Assembly (NCBI GenBank): GCA_950097015.1 | Contig: CATNEN010000033.1 | Span: 2,790,001-2,854,000, forward strand | DNA: 64,000 bases | From: Macrostomum hystrix | Lineage: Eukaryota; Animalia; Platyhelminthes | Reading direction: 5' to 3' | Part shown: piece after piece, positions 34,880 through 47,350 of the stretch | Position numbering within the stretch: the first letter of the stretch is position 1 | Layout of the letters: each line of letters begins with the position of its first letter | The notes under the pieces: model-generated | Told to the model about the DNA's origin: nothing | Seen by the model: the letters and a program-made list of their open reading frames with translations, nothing else | Database searches by the model: none | Position numbers and translations under genes: made by a program

Positions 34880-35580
34880 TCCAAATCTATCCCAGATCCG
34901 CAGATTGACTGGATACCAAATTCTCATATTAGATCCCAAATCTCCAGATTGGATACTGAATCCTCCACATTAGATCCCAAATCCTCAGATCCTCAGGATC
35001 CCCAAATCCCAAGATTAGATCACGAATCCCAAGATTGGATTCTTAATCCCAAGATTGGATCTTAAATCCTAAAATTAGATCCTAAATCCTAATATTAGAT
35101 CCTAAATCCTAAGATTATATCCTAAATCTCTAGATTAGATCCCGAATCCCCAGATTAGATAACAAATCCTCAGATTGGATCCTAAATTCTAAGATTGGAT
35201 CCTTAATCCCAAGATTAGATCCTAAATCCTAATATTAGATTCTAAATCCTATGATTATATCCTAAATCTCTAGATTAGATCCCGAATCCCCAGATTAGAT
35301 AACAAATCCTCAGATTGGATCCTAAATTCTAAGATTGGATCCTTAATCCCAAGATTGGATCCTAAATTCTAAGATTGGATCCTTAATCCCAAGATTGGAT
35401 CCTAAATTCTAAGATTGGATCCTTAATCCCAAGATTAGATCCTAAATCCTAATATTAGATTCTAAATCCTATGATTATATCCTAAATCTCTAGATTAGAT
35501 CCCCAATCCCCAGATTAGATAACAAATCCTCAGATTGGATCCTAAATTCTAAGATTAGATAACAAATCCTAAGATCCCAA
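34880..35580. repeat. 20-mer minisatellite AGATTAGATCCTAAATCCTA with block duplications
   Basis: The diagnostic variant CCTAAATCTCTAGATTAGAT recurs at 35121, 35261 and 35481. Confidence 0.95.
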
Positions 35581-35679
35581 TCCTTCCCAAATCGTAGGCG
35601 AGAATCCCATTACTGTCTGAATGGTTTTGCTGGATCCCAATTAAAACAAGTACCCCAATATTTTATTTCTTCGTTCGTG

Positions 35680-36540
35680 ATTTTCACCTGAATTGACTCT
35701 CGTTAGCTCTCGCAACTGCGAGTTGTGCAGCCAGTGCGGCCATTCTGAAGCATGTTCCGTTGCCTTCTTGGGGTTTTTATCCATACTTTTAATTGCCTCC
35801 AGTTTAATTGAAGCACTCCTTTGTTGTCCATTGTGTGCTTCTATACTGCCAGTTAAACAAAAAGGTTTGCCGCTCTGGAGCCTTACATTTTCTCACTCTT
35901 CCACCAATCCAAGACTTGATGTTGAATTGTGTGCTCTGTTTGTTGTACAGAAAAATTCAAAGCAGATTAAAAGCAGAACTGTTGCAATCACTGCTGAGCC
36001 TATGCCAGTGTCTGTAAATATGTATTTTCATATATATGCGCACGTTGCTAGGGTCTAATATAAAACATTTTTTTCTTATCTCACAAATAAACTAGATGTG
36101 ATTTTATTTCTCTTATGTTGCAATCTTTAAGCATTGGCAAAATTCTTATCTATAATTATAATATATGTACTTTTTTTATAATTATTACAGCAGAAAGTCT
36201 AGGTAGCTATATAACGAACTGATCACATTTCATATAAATTTCTATATATTTGATTGTGCATCGTTACACTCTACTAGCAGTAGCGCATCGAGCATGCTAT
36301 GAGAGTATTTTCATAATTGTTTTGCAGCAGTGCAAACAGAATGTAATTGCGTGCCTGGGTCACTTTATGCGTTTAGAAAGTGTCGCAGTGTCACAGCTGT
36401 ACATAAATGCTGGCCAGGATCAGCCCACATTGCCCGCTCGTCAATTCTGGGCCAAGTTGTCAATCTGCTTGCTAACAGAGAGAAGTTGTACTTTTCTCAG
36501 TGCGAATTATTCGCTCCATCTTTGTTGCCGCGGCAGCAGA
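35680..36540 (-). mobile_element. Degenerate RTE-like LINE, 3' part of the RT ORF
   Basis: Frameshifted pieces AATKMERIIRTEK, WPAFMYSCDTATLSKRIK*...CCKTIMKILS and QVLDWW resemble, in order, RTE C-terminal motifs (AF.KL.RIW, LPVLLYGCETWTL, RCLRRIL, QAL.W). Confidence 0.4.
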
Positions 36541-36564
36541 TCTACTAGGAATCATTGATATAGA

Positions 36565-37262
36565 GATCAGAGACAGCCAGATCATGGGAATGGGGATCTG
36601 GGACAGCCATATCATGGGAATGGGGATCTGGGACAGCCAGATCATGGGAATGGAGATCAGAGACAGGCAGATCCTGGGAATGGGGATCTGGGACAGCCAT
36701 ATCATGGGAATGGGGATCAGGGACAGCCAGATCATGGGAATGGGGATCTGGGACAGCCAGATCATGGGAATGGGGATCAGGGACAGCTAGATCATGGGAA
36801 TGGGGATCAGGGACAGCCATATCATGGGAATGGGGATCAGGGACAGCCAGATCATGGGAATGGGGATCTGGGACAGCCATATCATGGGAATGGGGATCTG
36901 GGACAGCCAGATCATGGGAATGGAGATCAGAGACAGCCATATCATGGGAATGGGGATCAGAGACAGCCATATCATGGGAATGGAGATCAGAGACAGGCAG
37001 ATCATGGGAATGGGGATCAGGGACAGCTAGATCATGGGAATGGGGATCAGGGACAGCCAGATCATGGGAATGGGGATCAGAGACAGCCAGATCATGGGAA
37101 TGGGGATCAGAGACAGCCAGATCATGGGAATGGGTATCAGGGACAGCCAGATCATGGGAATGGGTATCAGGGACAGCCAGATCATGGGAATTGAGATCGG
37201 GGACAGTCAGATCATGGGAATGGGTATCAGGGACAGCCAGATCATGGGAATGGGGATCAGGA
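36565..37262. repeat. 30-mer minisatellite GATCATGGGAATGGGGATCAGGGACAGCCA
   Basis: About 23 units. Confidence 0.97.
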
Positions 37263-38129
37263 GATGCAGAATTATTATTTTCAGTGGAAGCATGGAATTA
37301 ATGAGGATCAGTAAGGGGATCAGCCATTAATGGGGATCATGGTTGTCAGTGGATATGCTGCCTTCTAATGCATTTAACAATAATGAAGGTGAGTGAATAT
37401 CAGGTGTACTTATAACAGCTAGAGTGCTAGAATTAAGGTGCGTGCTAAACTGCAGCTGTTTGAGCTGGTGGAGCTGGTTGGTGTTTGATTCAGTCTGTCG
37501 TGTCGCCTGGGCCGACGCGAGGTAAACAGCGAGCAGGAAAAATTAAACAGGTCCTCGCCATATAATTAGTCCGATGATCCTGGCGTCTTCTTGAATCTGG
37601 AAAAATGTTGAGGTTTTTCCTGCTCAAATTCTTAACACGAGTGCAGTTTTAGTGACAAATTTGCAGTTTTTTAATTGGAATTAATAAATTTTGCATAGCC
37701 TAAACCCGTGCAGCCAGTTTTGAGTTATAACAGGCTGAAGCACCCCGTTCAGCCCCTAGACCCGGTGACAATTGAGTTATGCTGGCTTCCTCATGAATGA
37801 GGACAGTCTCGGAACTAATATGAAAAAAGCGATTTGCTCCCCATCAGTTCATATCTGCCTGCTTGGGCAGCTGCCTAAATTGCTTTTCCCCTCTTCCCGC
37901 CTCCTCGTGCAACACTCGCTATTACTGGCGCGAGGCCCAAGTTTGAGACACTACTCAAACCGGCCTCTTGTACTATCAATCAGGGGCTTGCCACCGCGCT
38001 CCTCTGGGGACTTCAGGAAAGCCCGGTGACTATAGCGTCCCAGCACCAGTGTCCCCGCAGTCAGTCTGAGCGGTTCTGAGTGCGCCTTATCTCTGGTGAA
38101 ATGGAGTCGTGAGTGTAGGGAACACGAGG

Positions 38130-38630
38130 AATTGGGATCAGAGGAAATGGGGACATGAGGAATAGGGATCAGAGGAAATGGGACATGAGAAATAGGGATC
38201 AGAGGAAATGGGACATGAGGAATAGGGATCAGAGGAAATGGGACATGAGAAATAGGGATCAGAGGAAATGGGACATGAGGAATAGGGATCAGAGGAAATG
38301 GGACATGAGGAATAGGGATCAGAGGAAATGGGACATGAGGAATAGGGATCAGAAAATGGGATATGGGGAATAGGGATCAGAGGAAATGGGACATGGGGAA
38401 TAGGGATCAGTGGAATTAGGGACATGAGGAATAGGGATCAGTGGAAATAAGGACATGAGGAATAGGGATCAGTGGAAATAAGGACATGAGGAATAGGGAT
38501 CAGTGGAATTAGGGACATGAGGAATAGAGATCAGTGGAATTAGGGACATGAGGAATAGGGATCAGAGGAAATAAGGACATGAGGGATAGGGATCAGAGGA
38601 ATGGGTATATTAGGAAATCAGAGGAAATGA
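38130..38630. repeat. 30-mer minisatellite GAGGAATAGGGATCAGAGGAAATGGGACAT
   Basis: About 16 units. Confidence 0.96.
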
Positions 38631-38720
38631 GGCCATGAGTTGTGGGGATTTGATAAAATTATTAAATTTGTATTTATTTTATTCGGCAAAGACTTACTGA
38701 GGTGCTCAGACTGACAATTC

Positions 38721-38956
38721 TCAGCATAGATACGGCGAGCTGCAGTAGACATTGTCCCCGACCGATTTCCTTGGTGCTGCAGAAGCCGCCGCCGCCGCTG
38801 CTCCAGTCGCCCTTCCACCTGCCCGCAGGTCGTCCACGTCTTCGTCGATGTCTTCGTCGTTCCCTGCTGCTGCCGCGGCGGCTGCGCGCGGAAGTCCTCG
38901 GCGCATCAGCGGTCGCTCCTGGAGCGCCGGCCGGACCAGCGGTAGCGACAGATGGC
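38721..38956 (-). CDS. Candidate terminal exon, possibly the end of the protocadherin cytoplasmic tail
   Basis: The acceptor gcacag| (phase 1) is followed by HLSLPLVRPALQERPLMRR...NDEDIDEDVDDLR...GDNVYCSSPYLC*, with strongly coding-like codons. The link to upstream exons was not resolved. Confidence 0.5.
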
Positions 38957-38989
38957 CTGTGCGAGCCGTGATGGAGGATACAGCAATTA

Positions 38990-39345
38990 AGGATGCAGCA
39001 ATGAAGGATGCAGCAATGAAGGATGCAGCAACGAAGGATGCAGCAATGAAGGATGCAGCAATGAAGGATGCAGCAATGAAGGATGCAGCAATGAAGGGTG
39101 CAGCAATGAAGGATGCAGCAATGAAGGATGCAGCAATGAAGGATGCAGCAATGAAGGGTGCAGCAATGAAGGATGCAGCCATGATGGATGCAGCAATGAA
39201 GGATGCAGCAATGAAGGATGCAGCAATGAAGGATGCAGCAATGAAGGATGCAGCAATGAAGGATGCAGCAATGAAGGGTGCAGCAATGAAGGGTCTGTGA
39301 TGAAAGGTCTGTGATGAAGGGTCTGTTATGAAGGTTTGAGGAATG
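38990..39345. repeat. 15-mer minisatellite ATGAAGGATGCAGCA
   Basis: About 21 units, ending ~30 nt before the minus-strand acceptor at 38957. Confidence 0.97.
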
Positions 39346-40842
39346 AAGGCTGGATGGATGGAGGAGCGACAAGGGCCTTTGATGCGTTGAGAAAAGTGTC
39401 TAGCATTTCCTAGAAAGAAGGTCAGCTGAGAAAGCCAAGAGGTCTTGTATCTGGTCCGTATCACAGAGGCTTGCAAACTGCTAATGTGTAGACAACGCAG
39501 AAATCGACCCGGTCGGGCCGGCGATAATCAGAAAGCAGATACGCTTGCGCGGTGGGCAGTTTCAATCCGGGACTGGCGGGTGCAGGAGGGCGGGGCTATC
39601 AGGTTTGATGTCAGTTGAAAAAGTTTCTTGTCCAGCCTCTGTAACCGCGCGGCCTCTCCCCCAGCATCAACATACAACAGAGGGCCGTGTTTCCCTAGGA
39701 ATCCCATGCTTGCATGCTTGTGTGCGCGTATTAGGCTAATATATCAGCCAGCTAAGGCCCTATGCCGCTCCAGTGAAGCATTGGTGGCAGATCAGGTCCT
39801 CGCAGCGACAACTGTTGTCAGGGCTTCACCGGGGTGGGGGGCGGCCATCCACCGCCTTGGGTCTCATGCCCATCCGATGATCTAACTGTTTTGTCTGCCG
39901 AGGTTTGGTCGCTCCCCAACGCCCGGTTGCGTGCCGAATCTGTCGGATATCTTCATTAAACAATTAGGTGATCATGCGGCAGATTATTCTGAGGTCTTAT
40001 ATACGAGCTACTCTTTCACATGATGTTTGTGCGCCTTGTTTGCAAACCAGATTCTAGAACCTACTTCAAGAAAGTTCACTTTCAATCTGAGCGCTCATCG
40101 CGTCCTGATTGGTTGGCAGCTGACCCCCACCTCATATCATTTCAAGTCAGACCCCCCGCCCGCCTCCCCATCTCTCTGATTGGCTGCAGTCTAAGTTATA
40201 TATTTATATCTAGCTTGCCGGTAGAAATAAGAAAACTTTAAAATATGAATGACATTGTTCTTTTCTTGCACAGACAATCTGACCTAACTGCAAGAAGGGA
40301 AGAAATTTTTGAAAATTGTGAAGACAGCGCGGTGCAGCTGATCAAGGTTCGACGGTCACAGACACTGGCTTCCCCTTCAGAGGCTAATTGATAGAAGCGA
40401 CGAAACTCCTTCTTTGGGACAGGGAGTTGTGTGCGCCGAAGCCAAGCTTTCTTTATGGATACCTCCAAAAAGGCAAGCTGGAATCCGAATATCCAAATGG
40501 AATGGACACTTCCCTGCCGCTGAATCTGCGGGCGCGAGTGCGGGCCACGTGTGCCCCCCCCCCTGGCCTCCAGGGCGCTTCATAAAATTCCATTTACTCC
40601 GCCCCGCCCACCCTGGAACACGGGATCCTCTTGGGCTTAGCAACGGGTTAGCAACTGTGGGAAATTTCGAAATCTCGATCTAGAAACCTAGAAAGGCCAG
40701 TCAGTTCTGTGTCATTAAAAATTTAGCTGCCTAATGAATAGCTCGCGACCCGACAGTGCTTGAATCAGCTGGGCATCTGTTGCTGAGTCTTGACTCTTTT
40801 GCCTGCTCATAGTTTCTGCGCCTCAGCATAGATTAAACAAAC

Positions 40843-41158
40843 CCCATCCTCCCGAGTGACACAACCCCATCCCCTCGAGTGACACAACCCCATCCTCCCG
40901 AGTGACACAACCCCAACCTCCCGAGTGACACAACCCCATCCTCCCGAGTGACACAACCCCAACCTCCCGAGTGACACAACCCCAACCTCCCGAGTGACAC
41001 AACCCCAACCTCCCGAGTGACACAACCCCAACCTCCCGAGTGACACAACCCCAACCTCCCGAGTGACACAACCCCAACCTCCCGAGTGACACAACCCCAT
41101 ACTCCCGAGTGACACAACCCCAACCTCCCGAGTGACACAACCCCATCCTCCCGAGTGA
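40843..41158. repeat. 23-mer minisatellite CCCGAGTGACACAACCCCAACCT
   Basis: About 14 units. Confidence 0.97.
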
Positions 41159-41516
41159 CCCTCTAGCTTGGCTTAAAAGATAAGATTATTGCATACTATC
41201 GATTTATGTAGAGAATTTCTCAGTCTGAGTAGAACTTTGAGCACTGCTCAGCAATACTTTGGCTGAGCCCAGCTGATTGGAAAATCGCCCCAGGCATAGG
41301 GCCGGATGCTAAAAGCAGATTGCAGGCTAGACGTGCGAGAAGGCAGGTTGGACAAAGTATGCCGTACTGGCGACATCTGAGTAAAAAAACTGGAACTCAC
41401 GAGGTGCGATGGACAGGTGTGGCTAATGAGCTCGGGCTGTTTAACCCGAACTTAGGGGGGGGAGACGTTGGGACAAAGCCTAACACGGCAAGTTGAACTT
41501 TCTTGTCGCAATTCAC

Positions 41517-41584
41517 CGATAACAGCGGGCGATAATTGCCTCCCTCCGAGTTCTGACTCGCGCGTTGCGCGGGGCGCGTCTCGG
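41517..41584 (-). CDS. Candidate internal exon of the protocadherin tail
   Basis: ccctcaatcag|(A)ETRPAQRASQNSEGGNYRPLLS|gtgaat, immediately after an array. Confidence 0.4.
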
Positions 41585-41611
41585 CTGATTGAGGGAATGT
41601 CCGATGCAGGA

Positions 41612-42120
41612 GGCAGGATTGATCAAGGTGGGGTGCAGGATTGATCAAGGTGGGGTGCAGGATTGATCAAGGCGGGGTGCAGGATTGATCAAGGCGGGGT
41701 GCAGGATTGATCAAGGCGGGGTGCAGGATTGATCAAGATAGGGTGCAGGATTGATCAAGATAGGGTGCAGGATTGATCAAGGTGGGGTGCAGGATTGATC
41801 AAGGCGGGGTGCAGGATTGATCAAGATAGGGTGCAGGATTGATCAAGATAGGGTGCAGGATTGATCAAGGTGGGGTGCAGGATTGATCAAGGCGGGGAGC
41901 AGGATTGATCAAGGCGGGGTGCAGGATTGATCAAGGCGGGGTGCAGGATTGATCAAGGCGGGGTGCAGGATTGATCAAGGCGGGGAGCAGGATTGATCAA
42001 GGTGGGGTGCAGGATTGATCAAGGTGGGGTGCAGGATTGATCAAGGTGGGGTGCAGGATTGATCAAGATAGGGTGCAGGATTGATCAAGGTGGGGTGCAG
42101 GATTGATCAAGGCGGGGTGC
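41612..42120. repeat. 22-mer minisatellite GCAGGATTGATCAAGG(T/C)GGGGT
   Basis: About 23 units. Confidence 0.97.
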
Positions 42121-42672
42121 TCGCACAGCCACAGCCGGTGGGGACAGCAAATGATCAGCAATGTCACTGACAGGAAGCGGAACTTAATGACTGCTTGTTT
42201 AGCAAGTCCATGACAAAGTTTATGAGGAGGTTCAGCAGAGGTGTAACACAAACAGGTGCCAGGGGTTAATTGGCAGTCCAGCAGGGTGGACAGGGGATAT
42301 TTTCAGAAACGTTGCGCAGAAAAAGATGAAACGAATTCCGTCCCTCCAGCCGCTGCAGTCCTGTCTCGATAATCCTCGCTGTTAAAAATACCCGACTGGG
42401 CCAAAAACGCTGCCTTTGTGTTGCTCGTGGTTTATGAAAATGACAACTGGGGAGCAACACCTCTGCCGGTCCCCTGGATCTCTGAGCTTTCAATCAAAGC
42501 CCGGGTCAAGCTGCTGGCAGCAAGAGTGGCTCACCATTTCTTGCTTTTGCAAACAAAAGACTAGTGCAAACAGGCCAGTGCCGCAATGAATCAACAGCCG
42601 CACAGGCCGGGGGACTCGGAAATTTGTCAGCCCGCCAGCCCCAACCCCTTCTGTTTGTGCACTTTTGTTCAC

Positions 42673-45600
42673 CTGGCGGAGCTGAAACGGCCAGCCAACC
42701 TGCTCTTTCCGCGAGGAGGTGACTTTATCGGCTCGAGAATCTGTTGAAAAATACAATTCTGAATTTCTGCAGATCCCGCACCGCTTATCCAGCGGATCTG
42801 AAGGGCACTTAGAGTTTTCAGCTTCGGACTTTTATTGCCACAGCTTCTGTAGACCAGCTTTGGTCTTCGCACTGCCTGCATCTGAACTCCTGGCTGATCT
42901 CCCCTGCACTCTTATCTCCAGATCCCAGCAAAATGATTCCCCGGTCAGCTCACCTCGCTTCACCCCGAACGCTCGAGAAATCCCCGTCGTATCATCGGTT
43001 TCGCAGCGCCGCTGCAGCTGCTGGTGTTGCTGGTGGGAGCGCAGCCGCTGCTGCCGGCGCCGCCTCCGCCGCACCAGCAGGTATGCCAGGGCCGCCAGCG
43101 TCAGCAGCAGCAGCGAGACGGTCAGCCCGGCCAGGAGGCCCAGAACCGCCGAGCCGGCGCCGCCAGCGTCGTGCGACGACTGCAGCGGCGGTGGCAGCAG
43201 CGCCGGCGACGATGCCTCCGGCAGGCGGCGATTCGGCGACGTCCTCGTCTTCGGCGGCTCGTCCAGCACCTGGAGGCCGATGCGGACGGTGGCGTTCAGC
43301 CTATGGGGCAGGCCGCAATCGACGGCGGCCAGCTGCAGGCGGTGCCAGCCGAGATCCGCCGACGCTGACGGAGCCCTGGCGAGCCTCAGGCGGCCAGCGT
43401 GACGCTCCAACTCGAACAGCGGCGGCAGCGTCGGCGGCGGCTGCTTCGCTGCGGGAGACTGATTCGCAGATGTTGCGCCGCCGGGACTGCTTGAGTCGGA
43501 GACGGCTGGAAGCAGGTTGGCCTGACTGACCAGGTGATATTCCACTCGACCATTCTCACCTTCGTCCGGGTCCTGAGCTGCCGCCTGCGTATTCGAATGA
43601 GGGAGTTTGAGTTCGTCATGAGCCAGTTTTGAGTTGATCGTGAGTCAGGTGTTTGTTGGGCGTGATGCAGGTGTGATTTTATTGTTAGTCAGGTGTGATT
43701 TGATGGTGAGTCAGGTGTGAGTTGGGAGTGATGCAGGTGTGATTTTATTGTTAGTCAGGTGTGAGTTCATCGTGAGTCAGGTGTTTGTTGGGCGTGATGC
43801 AGGTGTGAGTTGATCACCTGCAGCACAAGGTGTCCCGCCGGCTCGTGTACAGACACAGTATAGTTGGCCTCAGCGAATGGGAACAGAAACCTGGGCGGGC
43901 AGTCGTTGCGGTCCAGAATCTGCACGGTGACGCTGGCCGTGGAGGTCAGGCTGGGCTGGCCGTGGTCCCTGGCGAACAGCTGGAACGAGTAGCTGGACCG
44001 CAGCTCCCTATCGAAGCGTCGCTGGGTGACAATGGCCCCGGACTCGTGCACCACGAAGGCGCCGGGCTCGCCACCGAAAAACGTCACCCGGCCGCCTTCG
44101 CCGGTGTCCGGATCCACGCAGCGCACGGGGCCGAGCTCCTGACCGGGCGGCTCGTTCTCCTCCAGCGAGAAGTCCAACCGGTGCGGCAGCTGCGGAGCCA
44201 CGTCGTTAACGTCGAGTATCTCGACGGCCACGGTGGCGGTGGCGGCCAGCGACAGCAGCCTGTCGGAGTCCTCGGCAACGACGCGCAGAGTCAGGGAGGC
44301 GCGGCTCTCCCGGTCCAGACGGTCGGCGACTCGCACGGCTCCCGTGGAGGCGTCCACCGAGAACAGTCGCTCGTCGCCGTCCCGGTCAGCAGGCAGCAGC
44401 CGATATGTCACGCGGCCGTTTTCCCCGGCGTCGGCATCGGTGGCCGTCACGTTCGCAACGACACGGCCGCGCGGACTGTCCTCCGGAGTGGAGACGAACA
44501 GCTGCCGGGCGGCCAGCACCGGCGGGTTGTCATTGTCGTCCTCCACGGAGACCAGCAGCGGCAGCCGGGTGGCCAAGCCACCGCCGTCGCTGCAGACAAT
44601 GACCAACGGGTGCGCTGCGCTCAGCTCCCTGTCCAGCTGGTCCAGCGTGAGGATCTGGTAGATGCCCAGCCGGAGGTCGAATTCTTTGACCTCGAACAGC
44701 GGCCTCCGCGGCGGCTGCCGGTCGTCGAATGCGTCGGCGGCGAGGTCGCAACGGACGGTGCCGTTGGGGCCTAGGTCTGGGTCGCGGGCGGTGAAGGACG
44801 CGACTACCGTGTGCGACGGCCGGTTCTCCATGACGCCGACTGGGCCGCCGGCGCCGGTAAGTTGGATGCTCGGCGCGTTGTCGTTGACGTCCAAGACGAC
44901 CAGGCGCAGCGACGCCGCCCCAGTCTTGGCCGGCCGGCCGCAGTCGACGGCCCGAAGCTGGGCTCGCAGCTCCGGCGTCGCCTCGCGGTCGAGGGGCCGC
45001 TCCAGCCGCAGCCGGCCGGTGTCCGAGTCAACGCTGATGAGGTGGCGGACGGCGGCGGGCGTATCCGGAGCCAGCTGGTAGCGCACGCGGCCGTTCTCAC
45101 CATCGTCGGCGTCGTGGGCTCGAATCTTTCCAAGGAATATGGAAATGTTTTCCTTGTTTTCCTCGTCAGTCTGCCATTTATCCCCATCAGTCTGTCAGTT
45201 ATCCCCATCAGTTTGTCAGTTATCCCCATCAGTCTGTCAGTTATCCCCATCAGTCTGTCAGTTATCCCCATTAGTTTGTCAGTTATCCCTATCAGTCTCA
45301 GAGCATTAAAATAAGCCTAAATAAATTTTATTTATTTTATTACCAACTGATTGTGGCAGACAGGGCAATACTATAGTTACCTACCAATTGAATCGCTAAG
45401 TGTCTGAAGTGTGTGGGATGGAACCCTCTAGCCAGTTTCTGTGCCGGCCCATATTGAGGACAAGCTCAAGTGCTGCAGCGCTTTTGGTTAGGAAGGATGA
45501 GCATCTGTGGATACGTTCTCACTGTAGCCGCTTATGTCCGAGTTTGCGACCTCGGGGAATGTGGTCAAAACTGCATTTAGTCTTGGACTCGAAGCAAAAT

Positions 45601-46998
45601 GTAGCATTCTTTTTTAATCTTCCCTAGGTGCATTTGTTTGATTGTCCACGTCGAGTGCACTGGTAAAATCCAATAGTTCAAACTAGAATCCCACTGCTCA
45701 AATTAACAATTTCACTGCTCAAACCTAGGAATCCCACTGCTCAAACTAAAAAATCCCACTGCTCAAACTAAAATCCAACACTTGAAACTTAGGAATCCCA
45801 CTGCTCAGGCTAAAATCCCACTGCTTAAACTTAAGAATCCCACTGCTCAAAGTAAAATCCCGTGATCCTCAGCGGAAAGTAAAATCCCACTGCTAAAACT
45901 AAAACGCCACTTCTCAAGCTAAAATCCCACTGCTCAAAATAAAAGATCCCACTGCTCGAAGTAAAAAATCCCACTGCTCAAACTTAAAGACCCTCTGCTC
46001 AAACTAAAAAATCCCACTGCTCAAACTAAAAACCCTCTGCTCAAACTAAAAAATCCCACTGCTCAAACTAAAACCAGACACTAAAAACTTAAGAGTCCCA
46101 CTGCTCAAAGTAAAATCCCACTGCTCAAAGTTTAAAATCCCACTGCAAAAACTTACATCCCACCGCTCAAACCCACCTGCATGAGGCTGGTAGCCGGTGA
46201 GTTCTCGGCCACCGTCATCTCGTAGGTGTGGCGCTCGAACTCCGGGAAGCAGTCGTTTGCGTCGAGCACGATGACGCTCAACCGCAGGTAGCCAATCCTC
46301 TGCGGCGCGTCGCCGAAGTCCCGTGCTGCCACCGTCAGGTTGTACTCAGCCAGCCGCTCTCGGTCCAGGGGCGCGATCAGCGTCAGATAAACTTGCGTCT
46401 GCGAGTCGAAGTCGACGCTGAACTCGGATGCCGTGGGCTCCACAAGTGAGTAGGCCAGCCGGGCGTTTCTTCCGCTGTCGGCGTCCGTGGCGTGCGGAAT
46501 CGCCCGCCGGGTGCCCGGCGGATCGGCCTCGCTGAACTGCAGCCGGTGACTCGCCGGCTCGAACACCGGCGCGTGGTCGTTGGCGTCCAGCACGCTGACA
46601 CGCACGGCGAACACCAGCATCGGTTCCTCCAGCGGCTCCAGGACGCAGCTCAGCGTCAGGGAGCAGTCGGCGGTCTCGGAGTCCGGACAGACCGCTTCCC
46701 GGTCCAGCCGCTGCTCCAGCATCAGGTCGTAGCGAACGCCTTCAACGCCGTTGCTGTTGGCGGTCTTGCGCACCCGGAAGTGGCGCCGGAAGTCTGGCCG
46801 GTGCAGCAGGAAGCCGACGGAGCGTCGGGCCAGCGTGGCCTGACTCAGCCGGCCGGCCAGCCGGAGGTCCGCCACCAGGTCGCCAATGACCAGCGGACCG
46901 TCGGTCTCCTCAGTCACCGAGTAGCTCACGTTATATCTGACCGGCAGAGCCGGGGCCGGAAGCAGAAGAAGCAACAGTAGCGGCTGCAGCGGCTGCAT
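42673..46998 (-). CDS. Protocadherin: signal peptide, 7 EC repeats, TM, start of the cytoplasmic tail. Exons 46998-46177, 45125-43818, 43584-42954, 42740-42673; 3' end unresolved
   Basis: Leader [16 protein letters not shown]; six DRE and DxNDxxPxF/L Ca-binding linkers plus a degenerate membrane-proximal EC; A.D.D.G.NG motifs re-formed across the splices (MQ|IRAHDADDGENG, LQ|AAAQDPDEGENG); TM AVLGLLAGLTVSLLLLTLAALAYLLV followed by poly-Arg. Confidence 0.92.
43615..43812. repeat. Compound repeat forming almost all of protocadherin intron 2
   Basis: Recurring CAGGTGTGA / GTGAGT / GTGATGCAGG modules. Confidence 0.9.
45175..45298. repeat. 21-mer repeat CCCCATCAGTCTGTCAGTTAT
   Basis: About 6 units, ~50 nt upstream (minus sense) of the acceptor at 45126. 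Confidence 0.93.
45680..46170. repeat. Degenerate ~20-mer minisatellite AAAATCCCACTGCTCAAACT
   Basis: Begins at the donor at 46176 on the minus strand. Confidence 0.92.
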
Positions 46999-47049
46999 TA
47001 TGTGTTGCTTTTCCGTATTGTTTTTGTCTGAAAATGGGTTAGAAGAATA

Positions 47050-47350
47050 TAAGGAAGAGGGTTAAAAATGTTTGAGGCGTGAGGTGGTGGTCAGAGTGGT
47101 AGGCAGGAAGAGGTTTAGCAGGGTTTTAGGCGTGGGGTGGAGGTCAGAGGTAGGCAGGAAGAGGGTTAGCAGGGTTTGAGGCGTGAGGTGGGGGTCAGAA
47201 TGGTAGGCGGGAAGAGGGTTAGTAGGGTTTGAGGCGTGAGGTGGGGGTCAGAGTGGTAGTCGGGAAGAGGGTTAGCAGGGTTTGAGGCGTGAGGTGGGGG
47301 TCAGAGTGGTAGGCAGGAAGAGGGTTAGCAGGGTCTGGGGCGTGAGGTTG
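47050..47350. repeat. ~53-mer repeat GAGGGTTAGCAGGGTTTGAGGCGTGAGGTGGGGGTCAGAGTGGTAGGCAGGAA
   Basis: About 5-6 units just upstream of the acceptor before the protocadherin ATG. Confidence 0.92.

Noticed and set aside
38674-39372. CCILH-repeat and DAAMK-repeat ORFs
   Set aside because: 15-mer array readings. Only the unique minus-strand segment 38721-38956 looks coding.
43830-45314. Long plus-strand ORFs over the protocadherin, and similar ones over Src and TTLL10
   Set aside because: Antisense shadows of GC-rich coding exons.
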